The position numbers were made by a program, and so were the translations under genes. The notes under the pieces were generated by a model. The model did no database searches. It saw only the letters and a program-made list of their open reading frames with translations, and had not been told where the DNA came from. 45,210 nucleotides of DNA from a virus (Duplodnaviria > Caudoviricetes). Below are positions 27,618-36,989 of this stretch, one piece after another. The stretch is taken from positions 1 to 45,210 of the IMG/VR virus record IMGVR_UViG_3300017655_000006; one strand, given 5' to 3'. Position 1 is the first letter of the stretch. The number at the start of each line of letters is the position of its first letter.

Positions 27618-30035
27618 TTAGAAAGCACCGCCACCTGCATCATCAGGTGTAGTAGTAGCATCATCAGTTCCGCCACCGGCGTTAGGTAATGCATCACCTG
27701 TACCAGATTGAGCAGTTTTGATAGCACCTCTAAGATTTTCCGAGACGATAAGTTCACGCATTTTCTTAACTTTCTTATCAATATCAGCCCAATCATAGGT
27801 GACATTATCTCGAATAAATTGTCTGGAGAATAGTTTCTTCAGGAGAGGATCGTCTTCCACGATTTGTGTTTCAGCCATAGTTTCGCCAAGTTCCTTAACA
27901 GTGTTCATCAATTCATTGACGATTTGAATCAGCATACTTCTCGAAGGAATAAGAGTTGCGAAAATCGATTCGATTTCTTCTCTAGTCAAATCAAGATCAT
28001 ATGCCATAACATGACGCAATAGTTTTGTAAGAGGGCCATTCAATTCTGCTTGAGCATGAGCACTGGAAGAAGCAATATCAAGATTTGCCATAGTCAATGT
28101 CTTAGCAAACTCGATATTTTCCGTATAATCCACTGCTACAGATGGTACGTTGAATGAAAGAATAATAGATTTAACCAACCATTGTAAGAATTGATCATCC
28201 ATATCAACCTGCTGACCAGGAACTACTTCTGGTTTAATAGGTTGCTCACCATCTTGAGATTGAGGAATGAACAAGTCAACCACAGAACCAACAGAGCCGA
28301 TGATACCAGTGATAGTACCAACGTCAGACCATCTGACTTGCGATTGTTGGATAGCTTCAATTGCTTCCATAACGGATTCTTCAATGTCGTTCGACAATCC
28401 ATTACTAATCGACCATACGGTTCTATCAGAACCTTTACGGACTTTCGTAAGGATATTGCTAAGCAAGAGAAGAAGGTATAATTTCATAAAAAACAAAGCA
28501 TTCTTCATAATGGAGCCTTGCTGACGCCGGAATTCAATTACATCATCAGGGTGAAGGATAATGATATCTCTTGCTTCCTTATGAATCTGGCGATCGCGAA
28601 GGAATTCATAGAATACATCCATACTATCGAAGTTTGCTTCAACGAATTTAGGAGAGATATTAGACAATACCGAGTTACCGATACTTCTAATAATCTGATT
28701 CTCAATCATTTTCAGATTTTGATCATTATAATCAGTGGTAGCTGTTTTATAGAAAGAGAATTGATTTTGGAAATTACCACGAAGATTCATACGCAATGCT
28801 TCATCGCGACGTTCTTCAATATAAATATAAGCAATAACCGTATCTTTAATTCTTAGAGGATATACTCGTGCAGGATCAAGACGTTCAATCTTACAACCGA
28901 GAATCTGCATTTTATCATAACCAGTTTTAGCAGCTCCTCCAACTAAACCTTCTGCAGCATCATCTCTATTTTGAGAAGGAGTTTTAACACTTTTCACATT
29001 ATCCATCATTTCGTCGTAGGAAGATTCGATAAGGAATTGTCCCTCGGTTCCAACAACAGCTTCGACAAGTGCAGCGTCATAGCTCATTCTCTTATTAGAT
29101 TTATATACCTTGATTTTGCTAAGGTATTCATTTACAGATTCATTCAATTTAGTAATAGATGATTGTCTAGCATTAGTATCCATACCCTTGAGTTTTTCTT
29201 GCAAACTCTCTTCAAATGAATCCATGATAGTAGCTTCATTTAAAAATGCAGGATTATTCTTTTTATTATTAAGATCTAAATTGATAAGAGCCGATTCCCG
29301 TACCAATTTAGCCCGACCACCTGTACTCAGTTGATCCTGTTTAATAGCTTCAACAATTGCTCGATACGGAACCACAGTGATGTATTCCATCCCGATAACC
29401 AAGTAGTTCTCTACAATTGTTTTTACTTTAAGATTGAGTTCATATTTCTCTCTGATTTTAGCTGCACCGGCTTTCTTAGCATCGGCGTCAAGACTATATT
29501 CAAGAGAGAAGATTTCAGAACTGATTGCTTCTGGAGTGATAATACTATTAATAAGAAGCTCAATAACTCTCGATACTTGAGGGATTGCTCTACGGAAGAT
29601 TTCGTAGTCTTGAAGTGTTTCATAAAGTCTATCATTCATCAAGATTTGATTTTTCAGTTCAAGGAAGATAGACTTATTGTTAGAGAGCATGTCATAGATA
29701 CTATCAGATTGAGGACCATAGATATTTTTACTATTAGAGTTCTTTTTTTGCTGCCCGTTCTGGAGTTTGTTCTTTCCAATAAGACCAAATCCATTGATTC
29801 TAGAGTTGTTATAAATGCTTCCTTGCACAGTAGAGTTTAGAGAGCTTTCATCTTTCTTAGAAATGTCAGTAACTTTATTAAGCATTCTTTGAGTGTCGTA
29901 TAAATCTTTGCTGGTCCCATATGTCGAGAAGTTGGTGATTCTCGATAACTTGGATAAATTATCGAGAACCGTGCTAACGCCTTTTGACAGAGCACCCGGT
30001 TGATTCGCTTTCTTTTTGTTATCAGCCAATGTCAT
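27618..30035 (-). CDS. Portal protein
   Basis: DY....IPQV.R.I....NSII.P, ERLDP.RV, R....DR.V, DLFIP, VVPGQ, F.VP and EFAK motifs of T4 gp20-like jumbo phage portals. Confidence 0.8.
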   Translation of the reverse strand: MTLADNKKKANQPGALSKGVSTVLDNLSKLSRITNFSTYGTSKDLYDTQRMLNKVTDISKKDESSLNSTVQGSIYNNSRINGFGLIGKNKLQNGQQKKNSNSKNIYGPQSDSIYDMLSNNKSIFLELKNQILMNDRLYETLQDYEIFRRAIPQVSRVIELLINSIITPEAISSEIFSLEYSLDADAKKAGAAKIREKYELNLKVKTIVENYLVIGMEYITVVPYRAIVEAIKQDQLSTGGRAKLVRESALINLDLNNKKNNPAFLNEATIMDSFEESLQEKLKGMDTNARQSSITKLNESVNEYLSKIKVYKSNKRMSYDAALVEAVVGTEGQFLIESSYDEMMDNVKSVKTPSQNRDDAAEGLVGGAAKTGYDKMQILGCKIERLDPARVYPLRIKDTVIAYIYIEERRDEALRMNLRGNFQNQFSFYKTATTDYNDQNLKMIENQIIRSIGNSVLSNISPKFVEANFDSMDVFYEFLRDRQIHKEARDIIILHPDDVIEFRRQQGSIMKNALFFMKLYLLLLLSNILTKVRKGSDRTVWSISNGLSNDIEESVMEAIEAIQQSQVRWSDVGTITGIIGSVGSVVDLFIPQSQDGEQPIKPEVVPGQQVDMDDQFLQWLVKSIILSFNVPSVAVDYTENIEFAKTLTMANLDIASSSAHAQAELNGPLTKLLRHVMAYDLDLTREEIESIFATLIPSRSMLIQIVNELMNTVKELGETMAETQIVEDDPLLKKLFSRQFIRDNVTYDWADIDKKVKKMRELIVSENLRGAIKTAQSGTGDALPNAGGGTDDATTTPDDAGGGAF

Positions 30036-30772
30036 TCATCCCTTTCCAGTAAGTAGAGTACATTGAAAATGTTTATTATCTGGTAATCAGATTTATTGAC
30101 TGTCGTTGTTGTTAAAAATACACTGGAATTTTCGTCCATATAAGGTGTACATCTAATTACAGCAGTATCACCTTTAGTGACATTTTGGAATGTAGACTTT
30201 GACAATCTGACGAAAAACTTCTCATCATCTATAACCATAGGAATTTCAGAAGCCGCTATATCTTCATATATTTTCAGATTAAATTCTTTACTTCTGGAGA
30301 AATCTCTTCCGCTAATAGAATTAAGAATAGAGATAATCTTCTTATGAAGTTTAGTCACTTTCAATTCTATCTTTGTGCAGAAGTATTCTTTTTTCTTATA
30401 GATGTAATCTGTCATTTTTACAAATGCCTTATCCTTATACATTTCAGTTTCATTATTACATTGAAATACAAATTCTATTTCTTTTTCAGTAAAGATTATA
30501 TCTACAATTGTGAAATGTTTATCCATGAATTTTAATGTCGCTGGATAAATATCAAATGTAAATGGAAAGAATTCAGTTACATTCTTCTCAAGTTTTTCAG
30601 AGAAGGTTAATACAGTCATAATTCCATCATGATAAGCTGAGTACACACCCTTAGAGAAATTAAACTTATCAGCCTTAAATTTATTTAAAGTATCGACAAT
30701 CTTCATAAAGTTTTTATATACAGAAATAGCTTCTATTTGTTCAAAAAGTCTTTGGGTAGACATACATATCAT
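30032..30772 (-). CDS. Hypothetical protein coupled to the portal gene (start may be a few codons later)
   Basis: ATGA overlap with the portal start. Confidence 0.8.
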   Translation of the reverse strand: MICMSTQRLFEQIEAISVYKNFMKIVDTLNKFKADKFNFSKGVYSAYHDGIMTVLTFSEKLEKNVTEFFPFTFDIYPATLKFMDKHFTIVDIIFTEKEIEFVFQCNNETEMYKDKAFVKMTDYIYKKKEYFCTKIELKVTKLHKKIISILNSISGRDFSRSKEFNLKIYEDIAASEIPMVIDDEKFFVRLSKSTFQNVTKGDTAVIRCTPYMDENSSVFLTTTTVNKSDYQIINIFNVLYLLERDE

Positions 30773-30832
30773 CCCTTCATTTTTTATTTGTCTATTAAGG
30801 GTTTAAACCCCTATAGATTAAAATTATTCGTA

Positions 30833-30844
30833 AACAGAATATTA
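30833..30844 (+). promoter_or_regulatory. Putative late promoter AACA-N6-TA
   Basis: AACAGAATATTA. Confidence 0.65.
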
Positions 30845-30879
30845 GAGATTATACTTTATCCATAAGGAGGAACTTTAAT

Positions 30880-31389
30880 ATGTCCGATACTTTGACTAAT
30901 CGTCTGAAATCGCTGCTTGAAAGCGGATACTTGCAAGAAAGTGTAAAAGATCAAGAGCCTATCGGCGAAGATGCCGTTGATGCTGAAATGATGGCAGAAG
31001 CTACCATCGCAATGGTTTTGGAAGCGACTTTGGGTTTTGCTCTTGAAGAAGCCCAAGCTTTTCTTACCGAAAATGCACACCTTTTGGTGCGTGATGGACT
31101 GCTGACCGAAGATGCTGCCGGTCAATCTTTCATGTATCTTTCCCGTCAATCGCAACGTGACAAGGCCGAAAGCCTGCTTCGTATGCAAATGGCTCGTAAA
31201 GCCAACGATCCTCGTGCAATGAAAGTTGCTGCACTGCGCCGGACTATCAAACGTCTTACTGCGGAAATCCACAATGATTCCCGTTACAGTGAAGCGAGAA
31301 CGATTGTCATGAAACGACAATTCCGCTATGCTCCTGACGCTGCCGCATTATCGGCTAAACGCTCGCAGCAAGGCATCAAACTGCGTTAA
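30880..31389 (+). CDS. Probable abundant inner-head protein (acidic N-half, basic C-half)
   Basis: AAGGAGG RBS, capsid-like codon bias, many LxE sites followed by an Arg/Lys-rich domain. Confidence 0.7.
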   Translation: MSDTLTNRLKSLLESGYLQESVKDQEPIGEDAVDAEMMAEATIAMVLEATLGFALEEAQAFLTENAHLLVRDGLLTEDAAGQSFMYLSRQSQRDKAESLLRMQMARKANDPRAMKVAALRRTIKRLTAEIHNDSRYSEARTIVMKRQFRYAPDAAALSAKRSQQGIKLR

Positions 31390-31402
31390 TTATGAAAGAC
31401 TC

Positions 31403-31440
31403 GATGATGACTGATCACAAGTCATCATCAGTTTTTCTTT
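31403..31440 (+). terminator. Intrinsic terminator
   Basis: GATGATGACT/AGTCATCATC stem and T-run. Confidence 0.8.
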
Positions 31441-31441
31441 C

Positions 31442-31455
31442 AAATATATATTATT
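31442..31455 (+). promoter_or_regulatory. Putative early promoter
   Basis: AAATATATATTATT. Confidence 0.75.
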
Positions 31456-31502
31456 ATATTGAGAAATATTTAACTTACTATATACTAGAAGGGAAGAGAA
31501 GA

Positions 31503-33602
31503 ATGGCAAAGAGAAAAGTAAAGAAACAAAAACGGAAACAGCAACTTATGCAGAAGTACAGTTACAAAGAATGGAGCCATAGTTTGGCTGCAATCGAAAA
31601 ACAATTATCCGAGCAGGGTGAATTTACTGCTATGGGTGATAGAAATCGAATCTATCCAACGATCAATGAGTTCGGAACTATCGATTCTTATGATAGCTAT
31701 ATTGAAGCATTGATTCAAGGAACCAAACGATTCTTATCCGACGGCAAAGATGAATTATCCAAACTGACTATGGCATATAAGTTCAACTCCGAGGATGAAT
31801 TCCGGGAAATGAATTATGTGCGATTCTTATTCAATATTATCATGTGGAGGCCGTTTATCGTATCCGGCATTCCAGTTACTAAGAAAGATATCTTTAATGC
31901 GGAGGTGTTCCACAATAAGAAATATGAAGATTATTTTAATAACTTCTCTGATAAGCACCGGGATAAATTTACGGCTGCCGAATATTCACAAATTCTGTTT
32001 GATATTCAAGTATACATGAATAAAATTGCGGTTGAACTTGGGCCGCTGTTCGGAAGTTCCATTTCGATTTATGATATGGTCAAGATGGCTAAAAGAAATA
32101 ATGAGATTCAAGCTCTGATGAATACTGAAGTGGACTTGGAGAATTTCCAAGTAAAACAAGTAGAAGAATTCCTCATCAGACAAACTGATAGATTCTTCCA
32201 AATCTTGATGGCTGAATCTGATAAGAATAATCCGTTGAAACCATTTATCCGTGCACAAGTTGGTGTTAACAAAAGACAAGTTCAGGAGATATTCCTGCAC
32301 TTGGGCTTTAAGCCGGATCTTTCTGGTTCAACTATTCCAGCGACTACGAATAGTAACTTTACTACGTATGGTTTGAAAGATCCTAAAGCATTGTATATTG
32401 ATGCTCAAGGTGCTCGTAAAGCTGCTATCATGCAGCTTGCTGTTAGTGAATCTGGTTACTATGGACGACATCAAAGTTTCGTGACTTCCAATGTCACACT
32501 TAATGAAGATCCTACGTATTCGTGCAACACTAAAAATCTGTTGAACGTCCATATCGAAAATGAATTGGATCTCAAACTATTCGAAGGAAGATTCTATAAA
32601 GTCTATGATAAAAGATACAAGATTATCACTCCTCAAGATTTACATTTGAAAGGTAAAATTATTCAAGTAAGAAGTCCTCAAACATGTGCAAATAAAGAGC
32701 ATAAAATTTGCAAAGTTTGCTATGGAACTTTGTATAATGTAAACTATGGTATGCACGCAGGTTTATTTGCGGCTATTGACTCAAATGAAAATAAAACTCA
32801 AAGACAATTGTCTGCTCGACATGCTTTGGCTACTGCGAGCGCATCCATTCTCTTGATCGATGAGAAGATGTTCCTTATCAATCAAAATGGTTGGTTGTTT
32901 AGTCTTAATGATGATATTGATAGAAGCAAATATTCTATCGTATTCAATTCGTCTGAAGTATTTATGGAAAATCCTGAAAACTATGAGCAATCTGATAACT
33001 ACTACGTTAACAAGCTCGTATTCAAGAATAATAAAACTGAAGAACTGTTTGAAGTTAAAGAAGAACAAAATACTCATTTGTATCTGAGCAAGCAATTGTA
33101 TCGCACATTGAGAGATAAGAAGTTCTTCAATCTCGATGCTGATGAAACTGTTGAAATCTCTTTAAAAGCATTTAGCGTTGATGAACCATTTGCATTCTTG
33201 CGTATCTCCAATGCTGAACTTGCTAAACCATTGAAAGAACTTGCTGGATTCATCCAAAAAGGTAAGAAGCAACTTGAGGATGTATCTGACTATCATGAAT
33301 TCACTGCTAAACTTAACAAACTCTACAGATATGGTGGTATGGAAATCCCATCCGTTCATATTGAAATGCTTCTGAGAAATCTTATCAGAAGATCTGATGA
33401 TGAATTACAAATTCCAGATTGGGAAGTTGAACAAACTCCTGATATGTACAAAATGGTTTCTCTCAATGACTCTGTAATTCTGTCGGATTCTGTAACTTTG
33501 GGTATGATGTTCGAGAAGGTTCGTCGTCAGTTGAAAATGCCGAGGACTTACAGAAAACGGGGAACTTCCATTTACAGTCCATTGTTTATTAATGAGCAAT
33601 AA
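31503..33602 (+). CDS. rpoC: Phage (probably non-virion) RNA polymerase beta' subunit, C-terminal part
   Basis: Bridge helix GARKA....VSESGYYGR, VRSPQTC....ICKVCYG Zn site, trigger loop TQRQLSARH, VHIEMLLRN. The track start at 31392 runs through a terminator and promoter, so ATG 31503 is preferred. Confidence 0.9.
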   Translation: MAKRKVKKQKRKQQLMQKYSYKEWSHSLAAIEKQLSEQGEFTAMGDRNRIYPTINEFGTIDSYDSYIEALIQGTKRFLSDGKDELSKLTMAYKFNSEDEFREMNYVRFLFNIIMWRPFIVSGIPVTKKDIFNAEVFHNKKYEDYFNNFSDKHRDKFTAAEYSQILFDIQVYMNKIAVELGPLFGSSISIYDMVKMAKRNNEIQALMNTEVDLENFQVKQVEEFLIRQTDRFFQILMAESDKNNPLKPFIRAQVGVNKRQVQEIFLHLGFKPDLSGSTIPATTNSNFTTYGLKDPKALYIDAQGARKAAIMQLAVSESGYYGRHQSFVTSNVTLNEDPTYSCNTKNLLNVHIENELDLKLFEGRFYKVYDKRYKIITPQDLHLKGKIIQVRSPQTCANKEHKICKVCYGTLYNVNYGMHAGLFAAIDSNENKTQRQLSARHALATASASILLIDEKMFLINQNGWLFSLNDDIDRSKYSIVFNSSEVFMENPENYEQSDNYYVNKLVFKNNKTEELFEVKEEQNTHLYLSKQLYRTLRDKKFFNLDADETVEISLKAFSVDEPFAFLRISNAELAKPLKELAGFIQKGKKQLEDVSDYHEFTAKLNKLYRYGGMEIPSVHIEMLLRNLIRRSDDELQIPDWEVEQTPDMYKMVSLNDSVILSDSVTLGMMFEKVRRQLKMPRTYRKRGTSIYSPLFINEQ

Positions 33603-33609
33603 GCTCAAT

Positions 33610-33636
33610 GGAGAAGAGAATAATTTTCTCTTCTCC
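33610..33636. terminator. Hairpin after the beta' gene
   Basis: GGAGAAGAGAA/TTCTCTTCTCC stem; no good T tail. Confidence 0.5.
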
Positions 33637-33672
33637 CCACTATATCTAAATAATATATAAATGGAGGATTCT

Positions 33673-34119
33673 ATGGAAAAGATTATAACTCCTGTAATCA
33701 ACCGCAAATTGTCTCACTCGCGTTATAATAGAAAAGAACAATTACTTGATCAAATGCAAATTCGTTTAATGTGTATTCATAAACTTGGTTATCATCTTAG
33801 TCATGCATTACGCGAAAATGCCTGGGGTGATAAAAATAAAGGTGCTAGAAATATCTTAATTATAGAAGATATGATAATATCTAATCATTACAAGACTTTT
33901 ACTGAAGTTTCAGAAATTTACGGAATGTCTCCAAATAGAATTTCTGCAATGTTTAGAAAAGCTAATATGATAATGCGATCATTTCTTCTGAATAAAATTA
34001 CAGCACAATGTAAATTTTCTGGAGCAGATATGATTATGGATATTGATGATTATATAACTCATATAGCATTGTCAGATTATAGCATTCCTGCAATCAAAAA
34101 TCTGAGTGTGAGGAGTTAA
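33673..34119 (+). CDS. Protein with a sigma region 4-like HTH
   Basis: KTFTEVSEIYGMSPNRISAMFRKA; GGAGG RBS before MEKII. Confidence 0.6.
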   Translation: MEKIITPVINRKLSHSRYNRKEQLLDQMQIRLMCIHKLGYHLSHALRENAWGDKNKGARNILIIEDMIISNHYKTFTEVSEIYGMSPNRISAMFRKANMIMRSFLLNKITAQCKFSGADMIMDIDDYITHIALSDYSIPAIKNLSVRS

Positions 34120-34120
34120 T

Positions 34121-34438
34121 ATGAAAATACGCGTCGTATCTTTAAATTACTTTGATGAAGATGACGAAGAAGAATTGGAACTATCCGACGAAGATTTTGA
34201 TCGTGGTGAAGAAGTTTATGAATCAGTATTTGAATGTATTAAAATTCTATCCGAAAATCCTGATATGGATTGGGATATCCATATAATAAATGATACTACT
34301 GATGCAATTAAATCTTCACTAGCTAGACATGACATTTATGTAAGACATCCGCATATCGTAGAACATGAGGATGGTAGTCAAACTGTTGAACAATACGAAG
34401 AATATTGGAGGATTAAACATGCAACTAAATCCGATTGA
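34121..34438 (+). CDS. Acidic hypothetical protein
   Basis: GAGGAG RBS; operon spacing. Confidence 0.75.
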   Translation: MKIRVVSLNYFDEDDEEELELSDEDFDRGEEVYESVFECIKILSENPDMDWDIHIINDTTDAIKSSLARHDIYVRHPHIVEHEDGSQTVEQYEEYWRIKHATKSD

Positions 34439-34631
34439 TTTGGTCGAGGGTGAAACGTACGTTTTAAAGTTCGATTTCATCCAATCACCAACTGTTCGCC
34501 ATAACTTTGGAACCGAGGTAACATATCTCGGAGAAATTGATAAGAATGGTGATAAGGTAACGGTGAAAATAAAGGGTTCTACTTCCGAAGGTTTTAAAAT
34601 CCCTATCAGTTTCCTGAAGCAGAAGGATTGA
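34419..34631 (+). CDS. Small hypothetical protein
   Basis: GGAGG RBS before MQLNPID. Confidence 0.7.
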   Translation: MQLNPIDLVEGETYVLKFDFIQSPTVRHNFGTEVTYLGEIDKNGDKVTVKIKGSTSEGFKIPISFLKQKD

Positions 34632-34639
34632 ATAAATAT

Positions 34640-34668
34640 GAAGACGGTAAAGCCTATTTACCGTCTTC
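34640..34668 (+). terminator. Hairpin / terminator
   Basis: GAAGACGGTAAA/TTTACCGTCTTC perfect 12-bp stem. Confidence 0.6.
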
Positions 34669-34696
34669 GATTCTTACTAAAGAGAGGAAATTTTTT

Positions 34697-35356
34697 ATGT
34701 TTAAAAAGATTAAGCAACTTTTCGAAGTAAACGCTACATTGACTGAAATGCAAACTGCAATAGACAAACTTTCTGAGCAAATCAATCAGCTTGCTACAGT
34801 AAAGAAACCAACTCGCTATCATGATATGTATATTAATAATGCTACAGATTATGTACAACTTAGAGAAATGTTTGATACTAAATATAGAAAAGATGCTATC
34901 AATAAATATTCTGGAATCAAAAACAATCTCCAAGATTGCATTGTCCAATATGACAAAGCATTGTATTTCAATAAAGAGACTATCAATGTAGTAGAAGTTA
35001 TCTCCAAAATTCATGAACTGGAAGTATTGCGTTCGTTTATTTTGAACATCCTCTTTAAAACGGAAGATGTGGAAAGTTTCTATCTATATGCTATAAATAA
35101 CAATACTTTCTATACTACTATAGCTAACATCCCTCATATTGATATGGAGAAACTATTCCTTCTTGATAAGGAAAAGGAACTTGCTCATGATTATTATATT
35201 ATCGTCAATATGCTGTATGATAAGATCATTGTTGGAACTCGTAATTTTGATCATGAAATTGAAAATAAGTATAGAAAAACTGTAGTAAGAGTATTATATT
35301 CTATCTATTTTGAAAGATTCTTTCTATATCATCTTATAAATGATAGCAGAGACTAA
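34697..35356 (+). CDS. Hypothetical protein with an N-terminal coiled coil
   Basis: GAGG RBS before MFKKIK, downstream of the hairpin. Confidence 0.75.
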   Translation: MFKKIKQLFEVNATLTEMQTAIDKLSEQINQLATVKKPTRYHDMYINNATDYVQLREMFDTKYRKDAINKYSGIKNNLQDCIVQYDKALYFNKETINVVEVISKIHELEVLRSFILNILFKTEDVESFYLYAINNNTFYTTIANIPHIDMEKLFLLDKEKELAHDYYIIVNMLYDKIIVGTRNFDHEIENKYRKTVVRVLYSIYFERFFLYHLINDSRD

Positions 35357-35415
35357 TTTAAAAAAACTCATTTGACGACCTTAAATAGAAAATAATTCGA
35401 GAGGTCGTGAGTTAA

Positions 35416-36609
35416 ATGCAAACCATCGTGCTTGGTTCAACGAAATCAGGTTATACAATGCCCATTGATGAGGCAATGAAAATGTCGTCGCATTCCGCTG
35501 GTGTCTGCTACATGAAGGAAGATATCGAAACCATTCTCAACGAGGATATTGAAAAGACTCAGAGAAGAATCGATCAAACCCTCAGTAGCGGACATCATTC
35601 AGTGTATCAACACGTTCATTATACTTTGGTATTCAAGGATATTCCTAAAATTATTGCAATGCTTATTAACAATGAAAAGCCTTACACTACATCTGAAAAA
35701 TCTGCTAGATATACTAAGATGAATAAGATTCCTATTGAAGAAAAAGAAAGATATGATACTTGGTTAGCTCGATTCAAAGAGATGATCAAGGCTGAATATC
35801 CTCTATTGTTAGATGCTCATATCACCAAATTGGCTATGGAGAATGCTCGCTACATGATTAGCGTGTTCACTCCAACCACTATGGTGTATACTACAAATCT
35901 TGCACAATTGAATTATCTGACAGAAATGCTTCTGAAGTTTATACGAGAAGGTGAAGAGAAGAGAACTCATAATCCTTTCTTCATAAAACTTCGTAAACAA
36001 ATCCTTCTATTTGTAGAATCTCTGAAACCGTTTGAAGTTGAAGGGATGAATAGAAAGGAAAAGAATCTGAGTTTATCTCTGTTTAGCATTGATAAACCGG
36101 GTGAATTGACTCATCATTTCGGTAATACCTACGAAACTTATTACTGGGCTTCGTTTGCACAAGTTGCACAGGCTCAGCGTCATAGAACTCTACATTACAA
36201 TAGCTTTATCCCTCAATATTTGGGACTGGATGCTGAACAAGTTTTCTATGTTCCACCTATCATCACTAACGATGAAATGAAACGTGATTGGCTATACGAT
36301 CTTTTAGATCTGCCAAAAGATACTTTCCCACAAGCCGGAAAGATTCTTGTTCAAGAACGTGGGCTATATGAGCATTTCATTTTGAAATGTCACGAAAGAT
36401 TGTGTTGTCAAGCTCAAAATGAAATTATGCAGCAAACTAAAGATACATTTAATTTATATCTAAAATTAGCACCAATTGGTCATAAAATCTTTTCGGAGTT
36501 TTCGAATCTCGATTGTCATCTTAAATCTAAAACACAGTTGAAGAATATCTGGTGTGCCGGAAGTTGCAATAACTTCGGTCGCCGATATGCACTGAACAGA
36601 AAGGCCTAA
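35416..36609 (+). CDS. thyX: FAD-dependent thymidylate synthase, long two-domain type
   Basis: GHHSVYQH, SEKSARY, ENARY, QAQRHR and ERLCCQAQNEI motifs. Confidence 0.88.
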   Translation: MQTIVLGSTKSGYTMPIDEAMKMSSHSAGVCYMKEDIETILNEDIEKTQRRIDQTLSSGHHSVYQHVHYTLVFKDIPKIIAMLINNEKPYTTSEKSARYTKMNKIPIEEKERYDTWLARFKEMIKAEYPLLLDAHITKLAMENARYMISVFTPTTMVYTTNLAQLNYLTEMLLKFIREGEEKRTHNPFFIKLRKQILLFVESLKPFEVEGMNRKEKNLSLSLFSIDKPGELTHHFGNTYETYYWASFAQVAQAQRHRTLHYNSFIPQYLGLDAEQVFYVPPIITNDEMKRDWLYDLLDLPKDTFPQAGKILVQERGLYEHFILKCHERLCCQAQNEIMQQTKDTFNLYLKLAPIGHKIFSEFSNLDCHLKSKTQLKNIWCAGSCNNFGRRYALNRKA

Positions 36610-36612
36610 TAT

Positions 36613-36924
36613 ATGGCTAGAATCTGGGATTTTATGGTGTATCATATAACTAGATTCTTTGAATGGTTCGTAACTGTAACTGGATTTGACAAATACTATA
36701 GTAACCTCTGGGAAAAACGTTTCGTTTACTCTGTTGCATTTATAGCAATGTCATATATAGTAATATCTGGATGGGCAAATTTCCTTATGAATCCTGAGCA
36801 ATATGCTAATGATGATTTAGCCTTTGATGCACTCATGAGACTCATAGCTGGTACTATATTGTATATATTTTTGGCAATAATTGAACTTTTATACATTATT
36901 AATTACTTTAAGGAAGAAGAGTAA
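36613..36924 (+). CDS. Small membrane protein
   Basis: Two long hydrophobic segments. Confidence 0.7.
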   Translation: MARIWDFMVYHITRFFEWFVTVTGFDKYYSNLWEKRFVYSVAFIAMSYIVISGWANFLMNPEQYANDDLAFDALMRLIAGTILYIFLAIIELLYIINYFKEEE

Positions 36925-36929
36925 TCAAG

Positions 36930-36970
36930 AGTCTATGACTACGAAGCTGTGGTCATAGACTTATATTTAT
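36930..36970 (+). terminator. Intrinsic terminator
   Basis: AGTCTATGACTAC/GTGGTCATAGACT stem. Confidence 0.7.
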
Positions 36971-36989
36971 ATTTTAAGGAGGACTAAGA

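Noticed and set aside
25103-27805. Long minus-strand ORFs of 541 and 351 aa
   Set aside because: Antisense shadows of the codon-biased sheath and tube genes
31392-31502. N-terminal extension of beta' given by the ORF track
   Set aside because: It spans a terminator and an early promoter motif; ATG 31503 has an RBS
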